From NCBI GenBank assembly GCA_029940035.1, contig JAOZRT010000002.1, positions 1 through 63,804 of the forward strand: a stretch of DNA of 63,804 bases, read 5' to 3'. This stretch comes from Desulfobacterales bacterium (GTDB lineage: Bacteria; Desulfobacterota; Desulfobacteria; Desulfobacterales; B30-G6). The notes beneath the pieces were generated by a model. It searched no databases and had not been told where the DNA came from. It was given only the letters and a program-made list of their open reading frames with translations. A program made the translations under genes and the position numbers. Shown in pieces: positions 9,425 through 19,772 of the stretch (positions are counted from its first letter, which is position 1; each line of letters begins with the position of its first letter).

Positions 9425-10740
9425 GACTTTCTGAAGAACGAATCCATGATACCCATATAATGCTCGCCACGCCACGCGGCATCCGGATTGGTGTCAACCG
9501 ACGTCAGAATATCCTTGTTCACAAAGGGAAGGAAGTCCGAAATGCCCGGCAAAACCGCACGCACCACGGGAAATTTCAGCACCGGGTGGGTGAGATCCAA
9601 AACGATGCAATCGGTTTCAAGTTCACAGCATATTTTCTTCATCCCTTCTATTTCCGAAAAAATATCGCTGCTACTGAAATCCCGGTAAGCGACGACCTCG
9701 CCTTTTTCCAGGAAAGAAACATCTTTCTGAGAAACACAGCACTTGAACAACAGGTAGAGGTTTTCGACACGGGATCGGGGTATGACCGGACGGTCCAGGC
9801 CAGGAGTGGGCGCCTTCAGTGTCTGGCGGCCCTGCACAACCTCTGTCAGGCACCGGCTGAGCGCTTCATCCATTTTGAAGGAAACCCCCGGGACCAGAAT
9901 TTTATGCTCCAGTCTCCCCGGACGAAGGTTGTGATTGATGAAAAGTACGCCGATGCTCGGGAAAAGACCACCCAGGGAGAAATCCTTTAACACGATCTCC
10001 ACGTTCTCATTTTCATAAAAAGCCATCATGGCTTTCAAGCGGTTGTTTTTCAGGGTGCTTTTATCGACGGTGGGAACAACCTTCTCGGGCTTGATAATTT
10101 GAATCTGAGTATACCGTTCAAACACTTCACAAGAAGCCTGGATCAATGCTTCTTCCAGTGTATTGCCAGCAGCCATGCCGTTGGAGGCATTGATATAGGC
10201 AATGAAATTGATGGGAACTTTGACAATTTTGTCCTGCGTCACGGAATAGCCGTCCACCCAATGGCTGGCCATCCGGCTGCTCTTAATTTTCTCGATATGT
10301 GCCGGCATCAGGTGAGACTGGCGGCTAAGCAGCGCCTCGATGGTCAGGTGATCTTCCTTCAGGTTGTCCTGGTGGCTGTTGACATAACCACTTAACCACT
10401 CATAACTTAAAAAACGGTTGACCTGGCGGCTGTAAAGGGCGGGCATGTTAAAACGGACCTGCTCTTCAAAGTCCTGGAAGAACAGTCCTCCGCTGAAGCG
10501 TTCGGCCAGCTCAGCATGGGCGCTGGCTTTTGCAAGCGCCGGTGTCATCCCTTTTCCCTGGCACTGCAGATTAATGGCGTCGATACAGATATGGGACCAG
10601 TGAATCCCCTCGGCCACCTGAAAGGGTGTATAACGGATATCATACCCCAACCTGCCGAAACCCTTAGTGATGTTGCCTATGGTGTTCTCCGGCGTGTCTG
10701 TTTTTCCGAATTCGTTGCGGTCTCGATTTTTAAAACGCAT
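9421..10740 (-). CDS. YcaO-like family protein (ATP-dependent amide-backbone activating enzyme)
   Basis: 439-aa ORF. YcaO signatures are present: KGMTPALAKASAHAELAERF near the N-terminus and SNGMAAGNTLEEALIQASCEVFERY in the ATP-binding core. Confidence 0.85.
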   Translation of the reverse strand: MRFKNRDRNEFGKTDTPENTIGNITKGFGRLGYDIRYTPFQVAEGIHWSHICIDAINLQCQGKGMTPALAKASAHAELAERFSGGLFFQDFEEQVRFNMPALYSRQVNRFLSYEWLSGYVNSHQDNLKEDHLTIEALLSRQSHLMPAHIEKIKSSRMASHWVDGYSVTQDKIVKVPINFIAYINASNGMAAGNTLEEALIQASCEVFERYTQIQIIKPEKVVPTVDKSTLKNNRLKAMMAFYENENVEIVLKDFSLGGLFPSIGVLFINHNLRPGRLEHKILVPGVSFKMDEALSRCLTEVVQGRQTLKAPTPGLDRPVIPRSRVENLYLLFKCCVSQKDVSFLEKGEVVAYRDFSSSDIFSEIEGMKKICCELETDCIVLDLTHPVLKFPVVRAVLPGISDFLPFVNKDILTSVDTNPDAAWRGEHYMGIMDSFFRKS

Positions 10741-10790
10741 GCAATCTTTTCCTTTTTGAACGGCAGCGAATGACTGCCTGTTTTAATGCA

Positions 10791-11945
10791 TCATTTTTTT
10801 CGGTCCATAAACCCGAAAACGACGAAAATCCCCCCCCCGGCGAGGGCAAACAGCGCACTCACCAGAAAACTGAACTGGGCACCGGCACGTTCGTACATAA
10901 ATCCACTGATAAAAAAGCCTGCCATCAAACCTAACCCATAGGTCACGGCATTGTTGATGGATTGTCCCAGGGTTTTGGCACCATCAGGAGACAGCCGATC
11001 CATGTAGAGAATACTGGCCATGTGGAACATGGCGTAGGTTCCGGCGTGCAGGACCTGAAGCATCAGAATGGCATACCAGGAACGCAGCGTTCCCAAAAGC
11101 ACCCACCGGAAAATCGCGATGATGAATGCGGCGACCAATGCCTTTTCGAGCGACAAATACTTAAAGATTCGCTTGGAATTGACCATCACCACAATTTCAG
11201 CAATGATCGCCAGCGCCCAGGCAATACCGATGAAACTGCTGCTAAAGCCCTGGCGCTCAAGGTATATGGAAAAGAAGCCATAGTAGGCGCCATGTCCGAC
11301 AAGCATCAAAAATGCGCAAAAAAGAAACACCAGCACCCGCTGATTCATAAAAGCCTTAATGCTTTTCCAAAATAGTGTTTTCGATGTGCCGGCTGCAGCG
11401 GGCATCTTCAACCCGGCCAGGCTCAGTAGCACACTTCCCGTAAGAATGAACACCAGAATGGCCTTTATGGGCAGCCAACCGAGGATCCACCCCACCATCG
11501 TAACCACCACAATAAAGGCAATTGAGCCCCAGACCCGGATCCTGCCATAGCCGCTTTTTCCGCTCCCCAGAAGATCCATGGAAAAGGCTTCCAGAAAGGC
11601 GATAATGGGCGCATAAAAAACCCCGTAGCAGGCGGTAACCAGAAACACCGCCCAGAAACTTTCGGCAAAAAAGTAGAAGCCCCAGATGAAGGTACTAATG
11701 ATATTGCACAATACATACAATCGTTTACGTACAAGAAACCGGTCAGCGATCACCCCCCAGGCCAACGAAAAAACCACCAGGACCACTGACCGCAGGGATG
11801 ACAGAGCACCTATCTGGACACCGCTGAACCCCAGATGATAACAGTAAAGGTTGAAATAAGGCAGAAACACCCCGAGTGTGCCGAAGTAAATCGCATACTG
11901 GATGGAGATGATCTTCCGGGCCCTGATGTGGAGATTGTCGTGCAT
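10791..11945 (-). CDS. MFS transporter
   Basis: About 12 TM helices. I prefer the ATG at 11945 (MHDNLHIR...) over the TTG at 11981 given in the track. The gene lies 50 nt upstream of the YcaO gene on the same strand. Confidence 0.8.
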   Translation of the reverse strand: MHDNLHIRARKIISIQYAIYFGTLGVFLPYFNLYCYHLGFSGVQIGALSSLRSVVLVVFSLAWGVIADRFLVRKRLYVLCNIISTFIWGFYFFAESFWAVFLVTACYGVFYAPIIAFLEAFSMDLLGSGKSGYGRIRVWGSIAFIVVVTMVGWILGWLPIKAILVFILTGSVLLSLAGLKMPAAAGTSKTLFWKSIKAFMNQRVLVFLFCAFLMLVGHGAYYGFFSIYLERQGFSSSFIGIAWALAIIAEIVVMVNSKRIFKYLSLEKALVAAFIIAIFRWVLLGTLRSWYAILMLQVLHAGTYAMFHMASILYMDRLSPDGAKTLGQSINNAVTYGLGLMAGFFISGFMYERAGAQFSFLVSALFALAGGGIFVVFGFMDRKK

Positions 11946-12127
11946 GTCTTGAATATTAAAGGAATTGCTTGAAAATCGCAATTTCTATCTTACCTTTACA
12001 AAAGCAGGCCTTAATGATAATTTTGTCAAAAACCAGCCATTGACAATCACGCGAATGCACAATCAACCAATAGTTGCCTGCTTTGCCATTCAAGGCCGAG
12101 CACAACGATTTATCCAGGAGCACAGAA

Positions 12128-12583
12128 ATGGACTATATCAAGATACGGTTCAGCAATGAATTCGAGAAGGTGCAATCCAAAGTCGAAAGCTCCATTGAAG
12201 ATATTTTCCGTTCCATCAACCCCCTGTTTTCACTGGATGAACGAACGTGGAAACCGCCCATGGACATCTATGAAACCACGGATAACATTATCATTCGTGC
12301 GGAAGTTGCCGGGGTGGACAAAGACATGTTGGAAGTCGAAATCAGCAGCCGGGCCGTAAAAATATTCGGTACCCGGCGGGAGCTGCCGCGTAGTGCCGGC
12401 GCCACCTACCGGTTGGCAGAAATCCAATACGGCAACTTTGAACGCATTCTCTATCTTCCGGCACTTATTGATACTGAAAACGTATCGACATCTTATGCCA
12501 ATGGGTTTCTTGAAGTCCGGCTTGCCAAACAGAAAACAGAAAAAGCCTATAAAATACCCGTATCGAGTAAAAAGAACGACTAA
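12128..12583 (+). CDS. Hsp20/alpha-crystallin family small heat-shock protein
   Basis: It carries an alpha-crystallin domain (WKPPMDIYETTDNIIIRAEVAGVDKDMLEVEI...LPALID...A.Y.NGFLEV.L.K). I prefer the ATG at 12128, which is preceded by AGGAG. The track ORF starts further upstream at 12074. Confidence 0.85.
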   Translation: MDYIKIRFSNEFEKVQSKVESSIEDIFRSINPLFSLDERTWKPPMDIYETTDNIIIRAEVAGVDKDMLEVEISSRAVKIFGTRRELPRSAGATYRLAEIQYGNFERILYLPALIDTENVSTSYANGFLEVRLAKQKTEKAYKIPVSSKKND

Positions 12584-12621
12584 AACAACAGCTTGTTACT
12601 AATGGAATAGTGGAGGACAAC

Positions 12622-14970
12622 ATGGATGATCAGAATACCGGTCTGGACTTCGATCCCGGCAAACTGCCTGAAGTGCTGCCCATATTGCCCCTGTATGATA
12701 CCGTCCTTTTCCCTAAAATGGTTCTGCCGCTTGTGGTCATGCAGCAGGAATCAGTGCAGTTAATCGACGATGCCATGTCCAATGACCGCATCATCGGACT
12801 GCTGGTTTCAAAAAACCCGTCAAGTGAAAAGCAGTCTTCCCATGAAGAACTGTACCGGATTGGAACCAGCGCCCTTATTCTGAAAATGGCCAAAACAGAC
12901 GACAACAAATCCCAAATCCTGGTTCAAGGCCTGTCCCGGTTCAAGGTGGCGGAGTTTGTCGGAGATAAACCCTACCTCATGGGCAATACAGACTACATCG
13001 AGGAAAAGGAGAAGAAGAATACGGAAACGGAAGCCTTGATGTCCAACATCATCCACCTCTTTTCCCGGGTTGTCGAGCTTTCACCTGTTCTGCCCCCTGA
13101 AATCAGTGCCATGGCCAAGTCGATCCAGGATCCGGGCACCCTGGCCAATATGGTTGCCTCGAGCATCAGCGCCACCGCGGAGGAGAAACAGAAGGTCCTC
13201 GAAGTCGACAGCGTCAAAAAGCGCCTCAAAGAAGTCATGCGGCTGGTCAACCACCAGCTTGAAGTGCTGGAGTTGGGCAACAAAATTCAATCCCAGGTCA
13301 AAGGCGACATGGACAAAAGCCAGCGCGAATACTACCTGCGGCAGCAGCTGAAGGCCATCCAGGAAGAACTGGGCGAAAAAGATGACACAGCCGTTGAAAT
13401 TGAAGAGTACCGGACTAAAATCCAGGAAAACAATCTGCCGGAGGAAGCGGTCAAAGAGGCTGAAAGAGAGCTGAAGAGGTTGTCAAAAATGCATCCCAGT
13501 TCTGCCGAATACACCGTGGCCTCAACCTATCTGGATTGGATGACCTCCCTGCCATGGGAAACGAGTACCAAGGACAACCTCGACATCAAAAAAGCCCGCA
13601 AATTGCTGGATGAAGATCATTTTGGTCTTGAAAAAGCCAAAAAAAGAATTATCGAATACCTGGCGGTCCGAAAACTGAAACCGGACTCCAAAGGGCCGAT
13701 CCTTTGTTTTGCGGGCCCTCCCGGAACAGGCAAAACATCACTGGGGAACTCCATTGCCCGAGCCTTGGGACGCGAATTTATCCGCCTTTCCCTGGGCGGC
13801 GTCAGGGATGAAGCCGAAATCAGGGGCCACCGGCGCACGTACGTTGGAGCGCTTCCCGGCCGGATTATCCAGGGCATCCGGCGGGCCGGGTCCAATAATC
13901 CCGTTTTTATACTTGACGAAATCGACAAGGTCGGTAGTGATTTCCGGGGAGACCCCTCTTCAGCCCTTTTGGAAGTTCTCGACCCGGAACAGAATTTTTC
14001 TTTTTCCGACCATTACCTGGACGTTCCGTTCGACCTTTCCAAGGTCATGTTCATCACCACTGCCAATGTTCTTGACACCATTCCGCCCGCACTGCGGGAC
14101 AGGATGGAGGTTATCCAGCTTTTGGGTTACACGGCCGATGAAAAAATAAAAATCGCCAACCGCTACCTTATCCCCCGCCAGCGTAAGGCCCATGGCCTGA
14201 AAGCGGACCAGATACGGTTCAGCAACGGGGCCGTAAAGTACATCATCACCGGCTATACCCGGGAAGCCGGGTTGCGTAACCTGGAACGTGAAATCGCCGC
14301 GGTCTGCCGGGGTGTGGCCAGCAGCATTGCGGAAGAAAAAACAACCGCCCAGAACATTAACGTGGTCAATCTTTCCAAATACCTGGGCCCGGTTAAAATC
14401 ATAGCGGAAACCAAAACACGTATCTCGACACCCGGCATCGCCAGGGGCCTGGCCTGGACACCCACCGGCGGTGAACTCCTGTTTATCGAGGCCACGGCTA
14501 TGAAAGGCCAAAAAGGCCTGACTCTCACCGGGCAGCTTGGGGATGTCATGAAAGAGTCCGCCACGACGGCGCTGAGCTATATCCGCACCAATGCGAAGGC
14601 CATGGGGATCGAAGAAGATTTTTTTGATAAGCATGACATCCATATTCACGTGCCGGCCGGAGCGATTCCAAAAGATGGCCCGTCTGCCGGGGTTACCATG
14701 CTGACCGCCTTGACGTCCCTATTGACCAACACCACCATCAAAAAGGACCTGGCCATGACCGGGGAAATTACCTTGCGAGGCCAGGTACTGCCCATAGGTG
14801 GGATCAAGGGAAAAGCCCTCGCCGCCCACAGGGCCGGCATTAAAACCATTATTCTGCCGAAATTGAACGAAAAGGACCTTGAAGAGCTGCCCAAAAAAGT
14901 TCTCAAGGATATCAAGTTTCATGCTGTGGATAAAATGGAAGATGTGCTGAAAATTGCACTCGAAAACTAA
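12622..14970 (+). CDS. lon: ATP-dependent Lon protease (endopeptidase La)
   Basis: It has a Lon N-domain, an AAA+ module (GPPGTGKTS Walker A, ILDEIDK Walker B) and a C-terminal protease domain with PKDGPSAG (catalytic Ser). The ATG at 12622 follows GGAGG. The track starts at the GTG at 12610. Confidence 0.95.
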   Translation: MDDQNTGLDFDPGKLPEVLPILPLYDTVLFPKMVLPLVVMQQESVQLIDDAMSNDRIIGLLVSKNPSSEKQSSHEELYRIGTSALILKMAKTDDNKSQILVQGLSRFKVAEFVGDKPYLMGNTDYIEEKEKKNTETEALMSNIIHLFSRVVELSPVLPPEISAMAKSIQDPGTLANMVASSISATAEEKQKVLEVDSVKKRLKEVMRLVNHQLEVLELGNKIQSQVKGDMDKSQREYYLRQQLKAIQEELGEKDDTAVEIEEYRTKIQENNLPEEAVKEAERELKRLSKMHPSSAEYTVASTYLDWMTSLPWETSTKDNLDIKKARKLLDEDHFGLEKAKKRIIEYLAVRKLKPDSKGPILCFAGPPGTGKTSLGNSIARALGREFIRLSLGGVRDEAEIRGHRRTYVGALPGRIIQGIRRAGSNNPVFILDEIDKVGSDFRGDPSSALLEVLDPEQNFSFSDHYLDVPFDLSKVMFITTANVLDTIPPALRDRMEVIQLLGYTADEKIKIANRYLIPRQRKAHGLKADQIRFSNGAVKYIITGYTREAGLRNLEREIAAVCRGVASSIAEEKTTAQNINVVNLSKYLGPVKIIAETKTRISTPGIARGLAWTPTGGELLFIEATAMKGQKGLTLTGQLGDVMKESATTALSYIRTNAKAMGIEEDFFDKHDIHIHVPAGAIPKDGPSAGVTMLTALTSLLTNTTIKKDLAMTGEITLRGQVLPIGGIKGKALAAHRAGIKTIILPKLNEKDLEELPKKVLKDIKFHAVDKMEDVLKIALEN

Positions 14971-15003
14971 AAAGGGCTGCGCTCTTTTTATAACAATGTT
15001 CAT

Positions 15004-15762
15004 GTGCGGAGTCTTGTGTTGAGAAGTAACACCAACAATTGGATGGTGCCTGTAATCCTGATGTGCCTGCTGTTGTTTGCGATCAGCAGCTGCAGTCAGC
15101 GCAGTCCGCAACCGGCGGCAAAGCCCGGTCAGCCCAAACCGTACCGCGTGGGCAAAATATGGTACTACCCGGTTTCGGATGCTTCCAACTTCAGGCAAAA
15201 GGGGAAGGCCTCCTGGTACGGCAAAAAATTCCACGGCAAAAAAACATCCTCCGGTGAAATCTATAACATGCACGCCATGTCCGCGGCCCATAAAACCCTG
15301 CCCCTGGGAACCTACGTCCGAGTTCACAACCTGGCTAACGGTAAATCCATTGAAGTCAGAATCAATGACCGCGGCCCATTTGTGCACGGCCGGATCATAG
15401 ACCTCTCCTATGCTGCCGCCACAAATCTGGACATTGTCGGACCGGGTACCGCACCAGTGGAAATCGTGGCCCTGGGAAAGGCCGGGGCATCAGACAGTGC
15501 ATCAGGCTATGTACCTGTGGATTATTATTCGGGGAATTTCACCTTCCAGGTTGGCGCCTTCAGCCAAAAAGAAAATGCCGTCCGCCTGAAACAAAAGCTC
15601 GAAGAAAAATATATGAACGTCCACATCATACCCTATGACGACGGCAAAAGAGTCATGTACCGGGTGCGTGTGGGCAAAGCCTCATCTTTAGAACAGGCTG
15701 AGGAGTATGAAAATATTCTGATACAACAGGGGTTTAATGGTGCCTTCATCGTCGCCGAATAG
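15004..15762 (+). CDS. rlpA: septal ring lytic transglycosylase RlpA family lipoprotein (DPBB + SPOR)
   Basis: It has a lipoprotein signal ending in AISSC and the DPBB core ASWYG..FHGKKT.SGE.Y......AAHKTLP.GT.V.V.N..NG.S..VRINDRGPF. The C-terminal SPOR domain reads FQVGAF...NA.....L. Confidence 0.9.
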   Translation: MRSLVLRSNTNNWMVPVILMCLLLFAISSCSQRSPQPAAKPGQPKPYRVGKIWYYPVSDASNFRQKGKASWYGKKFHGKKTSSGEIYNMHAMSAAHKTLPLGTYVRVHNLANGKSIEVRINDRGPFVHGRIIDLSYAAATNLDIVGPGTAPVEIVALGKAGASDSASGYVPVDYYSGNFTFQVGAFSQKENAVRLKQKLEEKYMNVHIIPYDDGKRVMYRVRVGKASSLEQAEEYENILIQQGFNGAFIVAE

Positions 15763-16339
15763 ATCGCCTGGGCCTGTTGTTTTTCTTGACAGAGACGGGG
15801 TTATCAACCGCGATTCACCGGCATACGTCAAATCCCTGGCTGAATTCGAATTTCTGCCCCGCAGCCTATCCGCTATTCACAAGCTGGCAACAAACGGCAT
15901 TAAAACCATTGTCATCACCAATCAGTCCGCTCTGCATCGTGGCTTGATATCCCAAAAGACCCTCGACACGATGCATGCCGCCATGACGACCGAAGTCCGT
16001 GCCCAAGGCGGTCGCATCCATGATATTTTTTACTGCCCGCACACCCCGCAGGAAAAATGCAGCTGCCGCAAGCCCGCACCTGGTATGATTCATAACGCCA
16101 GGATCAAGCACGGTATCGATCTTTCCTTGGCCGGCATGGTGGGCGACAGCGCCAAAGATATCGCCTGTGCCCGCAACGCCGGGGTCAGGCATGCCGTCCT
16201 GGTTAAAACCGGCAACTTTGCCAAGGCGCAGCAGGAACTGGACGACCTTAACCTCACGCCCGATCGGGTGACTCAAGACCTGTACCTGGCCGTGGAGTGG
16301 CTGATTGAACAGTTCCAAACCGTACACAGGAAATACTGA
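15737..16339 (+). CDS. gmhB: D-glycero-beta-D-manno-heptose-1,7-bisphosphate 7-phosphatase (HAD-IIIA)
   Basis: It shows the HAD motif I VFLDRDGVIN, the Zn-binding C.C.....C.CRKP loop, and GD motif IV (MVGDSAKDI). Confidence 0.8.
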   Translation: MVPSSSPNRSPGPVVFLDRDGVINRDSPAYVKSLAEFEFLPRSLSAIHKLATNGIKTIVITNQSALHRGLISQKTLDTMHAAMTTEVRAQGGRIHDIFYCPHTPQEKCSCRKPAPGMIHNARIKHGIDLSLAGMVGDSAKDIACARNAGVRHAVLVKTGNFAKAQQELDDLNLTPDRVTQDLYLAVEWLIEQFQTVHRKY

Positions 16340-18529
16340 ATGGCAGATCAACCCACTACGCTGGAAGGCCATCTGGTCCACATCACCTTTTACAACCCAA
16401 CCAACCATTTCACCATTGCCCGGTTCAGGGAAAACACGTCCGGGAGCACCATCAGCATCCTTGGCCACCTGCCGGACCCCAACCTGGGCCAAAACCTCAG
16501 AATCGACGGTGCCTGGCAACATCACGCCAAGTACGGCCCCCAATTCCGGATAGAGCGGTTTGACATTCTGCTGCCGGAAACGCCCGACGGCATCCGCAAA
16601 TATCTTTTGTCGGCCCGCATTAAAGGTGTCGGCCCGAAAATGGCATCGCGGATCATCAAACAATTTCGTGATCAAACGCTGGAAATAATAGAACATACCC
16701 CGCACAAGCTGGCAGCCGTCAAAGGTGTCGGCCAGGGAAGGATTCAACAGATAACGGATTCATGGAAAGCCCACCACACCCTGCGCAACCTGCTGGCATT
16801 TTTGCGCCAAAATGGGGTGGATCTCTCCTACGGCGCCAGAATTTTCAGGGAATATGGCGCCGAGGCCATGGAAGTTCTTCGGAACAACCCTTTTCAAATT
16901 ATCAACGACATCCCCGGCATTGGTTTTTTTATTGCCGACCAGATCGTTAAAAACTCCGGAGAGCCCATTGACGAACTGGAGCGGGCCAAGGCGTGCGTCC
17001 TTTTCCTTCTCAAGCAGGCCGGTGATGAAGGGCATGTGTTCCTTTTTCACGGCCGACTCCTCGAACGCTGTCTCAAACGGTTTGACATCCATGAAGATCT
17101 GCTGGAGGACGCTATTGCCGAGCTTGCCGCAGGGGATAAGATCGAGGCCATTCCCTGTGAAATGGACGGTGGTATTGAAACAGCTGTCTACCCGAAGGCG
17201 CTCTTCCTTGCCGAAGAAGCCAGCGCCAACAAACTGGCTGCAATGCTTTCCATACCTGACACCATACCGGTCATGAATCCTGAAAGCATCCACCGGGAGA
17301 TTCTCAACAAACTGGCCTTACAGCTCTCTCCGGAACAGTTCGACGCGGTAAACGGCGTCCTATCCGAACGGGTAGCGGTTATTACGGGTGGGCCCGGCAC
17401 CGGCAAGACCACGCTCATCCGTTCCATTGCGGCTGTTTTCGATGCCCTCGGGGAAAAAACACTGCTAGCGGCACCCACCGGGAGAGCAGCCAGGCGCATA
17501 TCTGAAATCTCCGGCAAGCGAGCCGCCACCATTCATAAGCTGTTGCAATACAACCCCACAGAGATGGTCTTTGAAAAAAACAGGGACAACCCGCTCGATG
17601 CAGGCGTGGTTATAGTTGACGAGGCATCCATGGTCGATATCCATCTGATGCACAGCCTGCTCAATGCCCTGCCCATAACCGCAAAACTCATCCTGGTGGG
17701 CGATCCGGCACAACTGCCGTCCGTGGGACCGGGGAACGTGCTGGCCGACCTGATCTGTTCGGAAAAAATACCAACATTAACCCTCACAACCATCTTCCGG
17801 CAGTCCCGGCAAAGCCGTATCATTGTCAATGCCCATCAGGTATGCCAGGGCCAGCTGCCTGCCCTGGACGAACCAGCTACCCGCGAACAGCTGCCGGAAT
17901 TCAGTTTCATTGAAGAGAACGATCCTGAGCGCGCATCCAGGCGCATCGTGGACCTGAGCTGTGACATTATCCCGAAAGCAACGGGTTTTGACAGCACCCG
18001 GGACATTCAGGTGATAACCCCCATGCACAAGGGCGTCGTGGGCACGCTCCACCTGAACAGCCTGCTGCAAAAGCGTCTGAACCCAGTCCCGAAATCACGG
18101 TCATCCTCTGGCCTCCGTTACAAACCTGGGGACAAGGTCATGCATCTTAAAAACAACTACCAGAAAGACGTTTTCAACGGCGACATCGGCATTGTTACCA
18201 TGGTGGATCAAAACAAGGAGCTCCTGGAAGTGAATTTCGAGGGCCGGACAATTGGCTACGAGTTGTCAGAAATGGATGAACTGACCCTGGCTTATGCCAT
18301 TTCGGTGCACAAGTCACAGGGGTCTGAATATCCCGCCGTGGTGGTACCGCTCATGACCCAGCACTTTCCGCTTTTGCAGCGCAACCTGCTTTATACCGCC
18401 ATCACAAGAGGTAAACATCTGGTCGTACTACTCGGCAATCGCAAGGCGGTCCACATCGCGCTGCAAAACGACAAGCCGCGTCTACGCGCCAGCAGGCTGG
18501 CCCAACGGATTGCCGACATGGAACGGTGA
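16340..18529 (+). CDS. recD2: ATP-dependent RecD-like DNA helicase (RecD2 type)
   Basis: 729-aa ORF. It has an N-terminal OB/HhH region, Walker A (ITGGPGTGKTT), Walker B (VIVDEASMV), LVGDPAQLPSVG, and the C-terminal AISVHKSQGSE motif of SF1B helicases. Confidence 0.9.
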   Translation: MADQPTTLEGHLVHITFYNPTNHFTIARFRENTSGSTISILGHLPDPNLGQNLRIDGAWQHHAKYGPQFRIERFDILLPETPDGIRKYLLSARIKGVGPKMASRIIKQFRDQTLEIIEHTPHKLAAVKGVGQGRIQQITDSWKAHHTLRNLLAFLRQNGVDLSYGARIFREYGAEAMEVLRNNPFQIINDIPGIGFFIADQIVKNSGEPIDELERAKACVLFLLKQAGDEGHVFLFHGRLLERCLKRFDIHEDLLEDAIAELAAGDKIEAIPCEMDGGIETAVYPKALFLAEEASANKLAAMLSIPDTIPVMNPESIHREILNKLALQLSPEQFDAVNGVLSERVAVITGGPGTGKTTLIRSIAAVFDALGEKTLLAAPTGRAARRISEISGKRAATIHKLLQYNPTEMVFEKNRDNPLDAGVVIVDEASMVDIHLMHSLLNALPITAKLILVGDPAQLPSVGPGNVLADLICSEKIPTLTLTTIFRQSRQSRIIVNAHQVCQGQLPALDEPATREQLPEFSFIEENDPERASRRIVDLSCDIIPKATGFDSTRDIQVITPMHKGVVGTLHLNSLLQKRLNPVPKSRSSSGLRYKPGDKVMHLKNNYQKDVFNGDIGIVTMVDQNKELLEVNFEGRTIGYELSEMDELTLAYAISVHKSQGSEYPAVVVPLMTQHFPLLQRNLLYTAITRGKHLVVLLGNRKAVHIALQNDKPRLRASRLAQRIADMER

Positions 18530-18952
18530 TCAGGAGTCTGAATCGGTTGAGGCGGGCAGGGGGACCTTGAAAAACGGAATGCCTTCCTCCTTCAAGGTTT
18601 TTTCTTCCTCTTTGGTGCTGACCCCTCTGATATTTCTGGGTTCTTCAACACCATAGTGGATTTTGAGGGCTTCTTTTGTAAAATCACAGCCGACGTTGTC
18701 GAAATTCTTTTCCACGTATTCGGTCAATTCATGGCTGATTCTCTGAAGATCAGGATGTTTCTGGAGATTATCCGGCAGGGTTGGTGATCCCTTAATGGCA
18801 AACGTTGAGGGCAGCTTGGCAACAGATGTCGAATTGCAGACCGGGCAGGCGATCATATTTTTTTTCTTCTGGCGCTCATAGGCCTTCCCGTCTTCAAACC
18901 ATCCTTCGAACGTGTGGCCATTGGCGCATTGAAGATCAAATGCTATCATCAA
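18530..18952 (-). CDS. DUF1178 family zinc-ribbon protein
   Basis: 140-aa ORF starting MIAFDLQCANGHTFEGWF......Y.......I.CP.C, the characteristic DUF1178 N-terminus. Confidence 0.7.
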   Translation of the reverse strand: MMIAFDLQCANGHTFEGWFEDGKAYERQKKKNMIACPVCNSTSVAKLPSTFAIKGSPTLPDNLQKHPDLQRISHELTEYVEKNFDNVGCDFTKEALKIHYGVEEPRNIRGVSTKEEEKTLKEEGIPFFKVPLPASTDSDS

Positions 18953-19115
18953 TCAAATCTCACTTTGCCGATCCGTCTGATCCTTAGCCATAATTCAGGC
19001 CGGATAATGGGTTATCTTAAAAGACAAAATTACCATAATTGTCTGCAGATTAAAAGAAATTATTGACAGCGTCCGCTTTTTCAACACAAAATAAGGTCAC
19101 AAGAAAGGAAATGAT

Positions 19116-19772
19116 ATGGACCTGCGTATCAAATACATCGGCCTTTTCCTTTTGGGCGTCATCCTGGTTGCATTCCCGGCCTCCGCTGAAACGAACTATG
19201 TCAGTGATGAAATGCACATCACATTCCGGTCCGGACCCGCGGCTGACCGAAAGATAGTCAAGCTGCTCTTGTCGGGGCAACCGGTGGAGGTGCTGCAGAA
19301 AGACGGGGAGTGGGCTCAGGTGCGGCTTCCCGACGGCAAGGAAGGCTGGGCTCTGCACCGTTACCTCACCGCCGAAGAACCTTGTGACATGGTGCTCGGG
19401 CGCCTCAGTTCCAAACATACCGCCCTGGCTGCCCGGGCGGATGTACTTGACAAGGAAAACGATTCACTGACGTCCCGCAACAAATCACTGGCAGCCGACC
19501 TGCATACCACCCAGGTGGACCTGGCGAAAACGCAGAAGGCGTTCAACGATCTCAAAAAAGAATCCAGCGCCTATCTGGAATTGAAAGCCGAACACCAGAA
19601 AGCGGCCGCCCGGTTGGCCGAACAGACCGAACGGGCGGACGACTTCGAAAATGAATTGGCCAGAGCTACAAACAATTACAAAATGTTCCTCACCGGTGCC
19701 GGCCTCCTGGTGTTGGGCCTCATCATAGGGTTGTTCTCCAGGCCCAAAAAGAAAAGATCTTCACTGGCATGA
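19116..19772 (+). CDS. bacterial SH3-domain membrane protein (TIGR04211-like)
   Basis: It has a signal peptide and an SH3b core (YVSDEMHITFRSGP......V..L.SGQPVEVL....EWAQVRLPDGKEGW). A long coiled coil and a C-terminal TM anchor follow. Confidence 0.75.
   Translation: MDLRIKYIGLFLLGVILVAFPASAETNYVSDEMHITFRSGPAADRKIVKLLLSGQPVEVLQKDGEWAQVRLPDGKEGWALHRYLTAEEPCDMVLGRLSSKHTALAARADVLDKENDSLTSRNKSLAADLHTTQVDLAKTQKAFNDLKKESSAYLELKAEHQKAAARLAEQTERADDFENELARATNNYKMFLTGAGLLVLGLIIGLFSRPKKKRSSLA

Noticed and set aside
11982-12127. Heat-shock operators or promoters upstream of hsp20, lon and dnaJ: CIRCE (TTAGCACTC-N9-GAGTGCTAA) or a sigma32 promoter (CTTGAAA...CCCCAT).
   Set aside because: I found no CIRCE inverted repeat. 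A CTTGAAA at about 11968 has no convincing CCCCATNT-like -10 at the proper distance, which is too weak to annotate.
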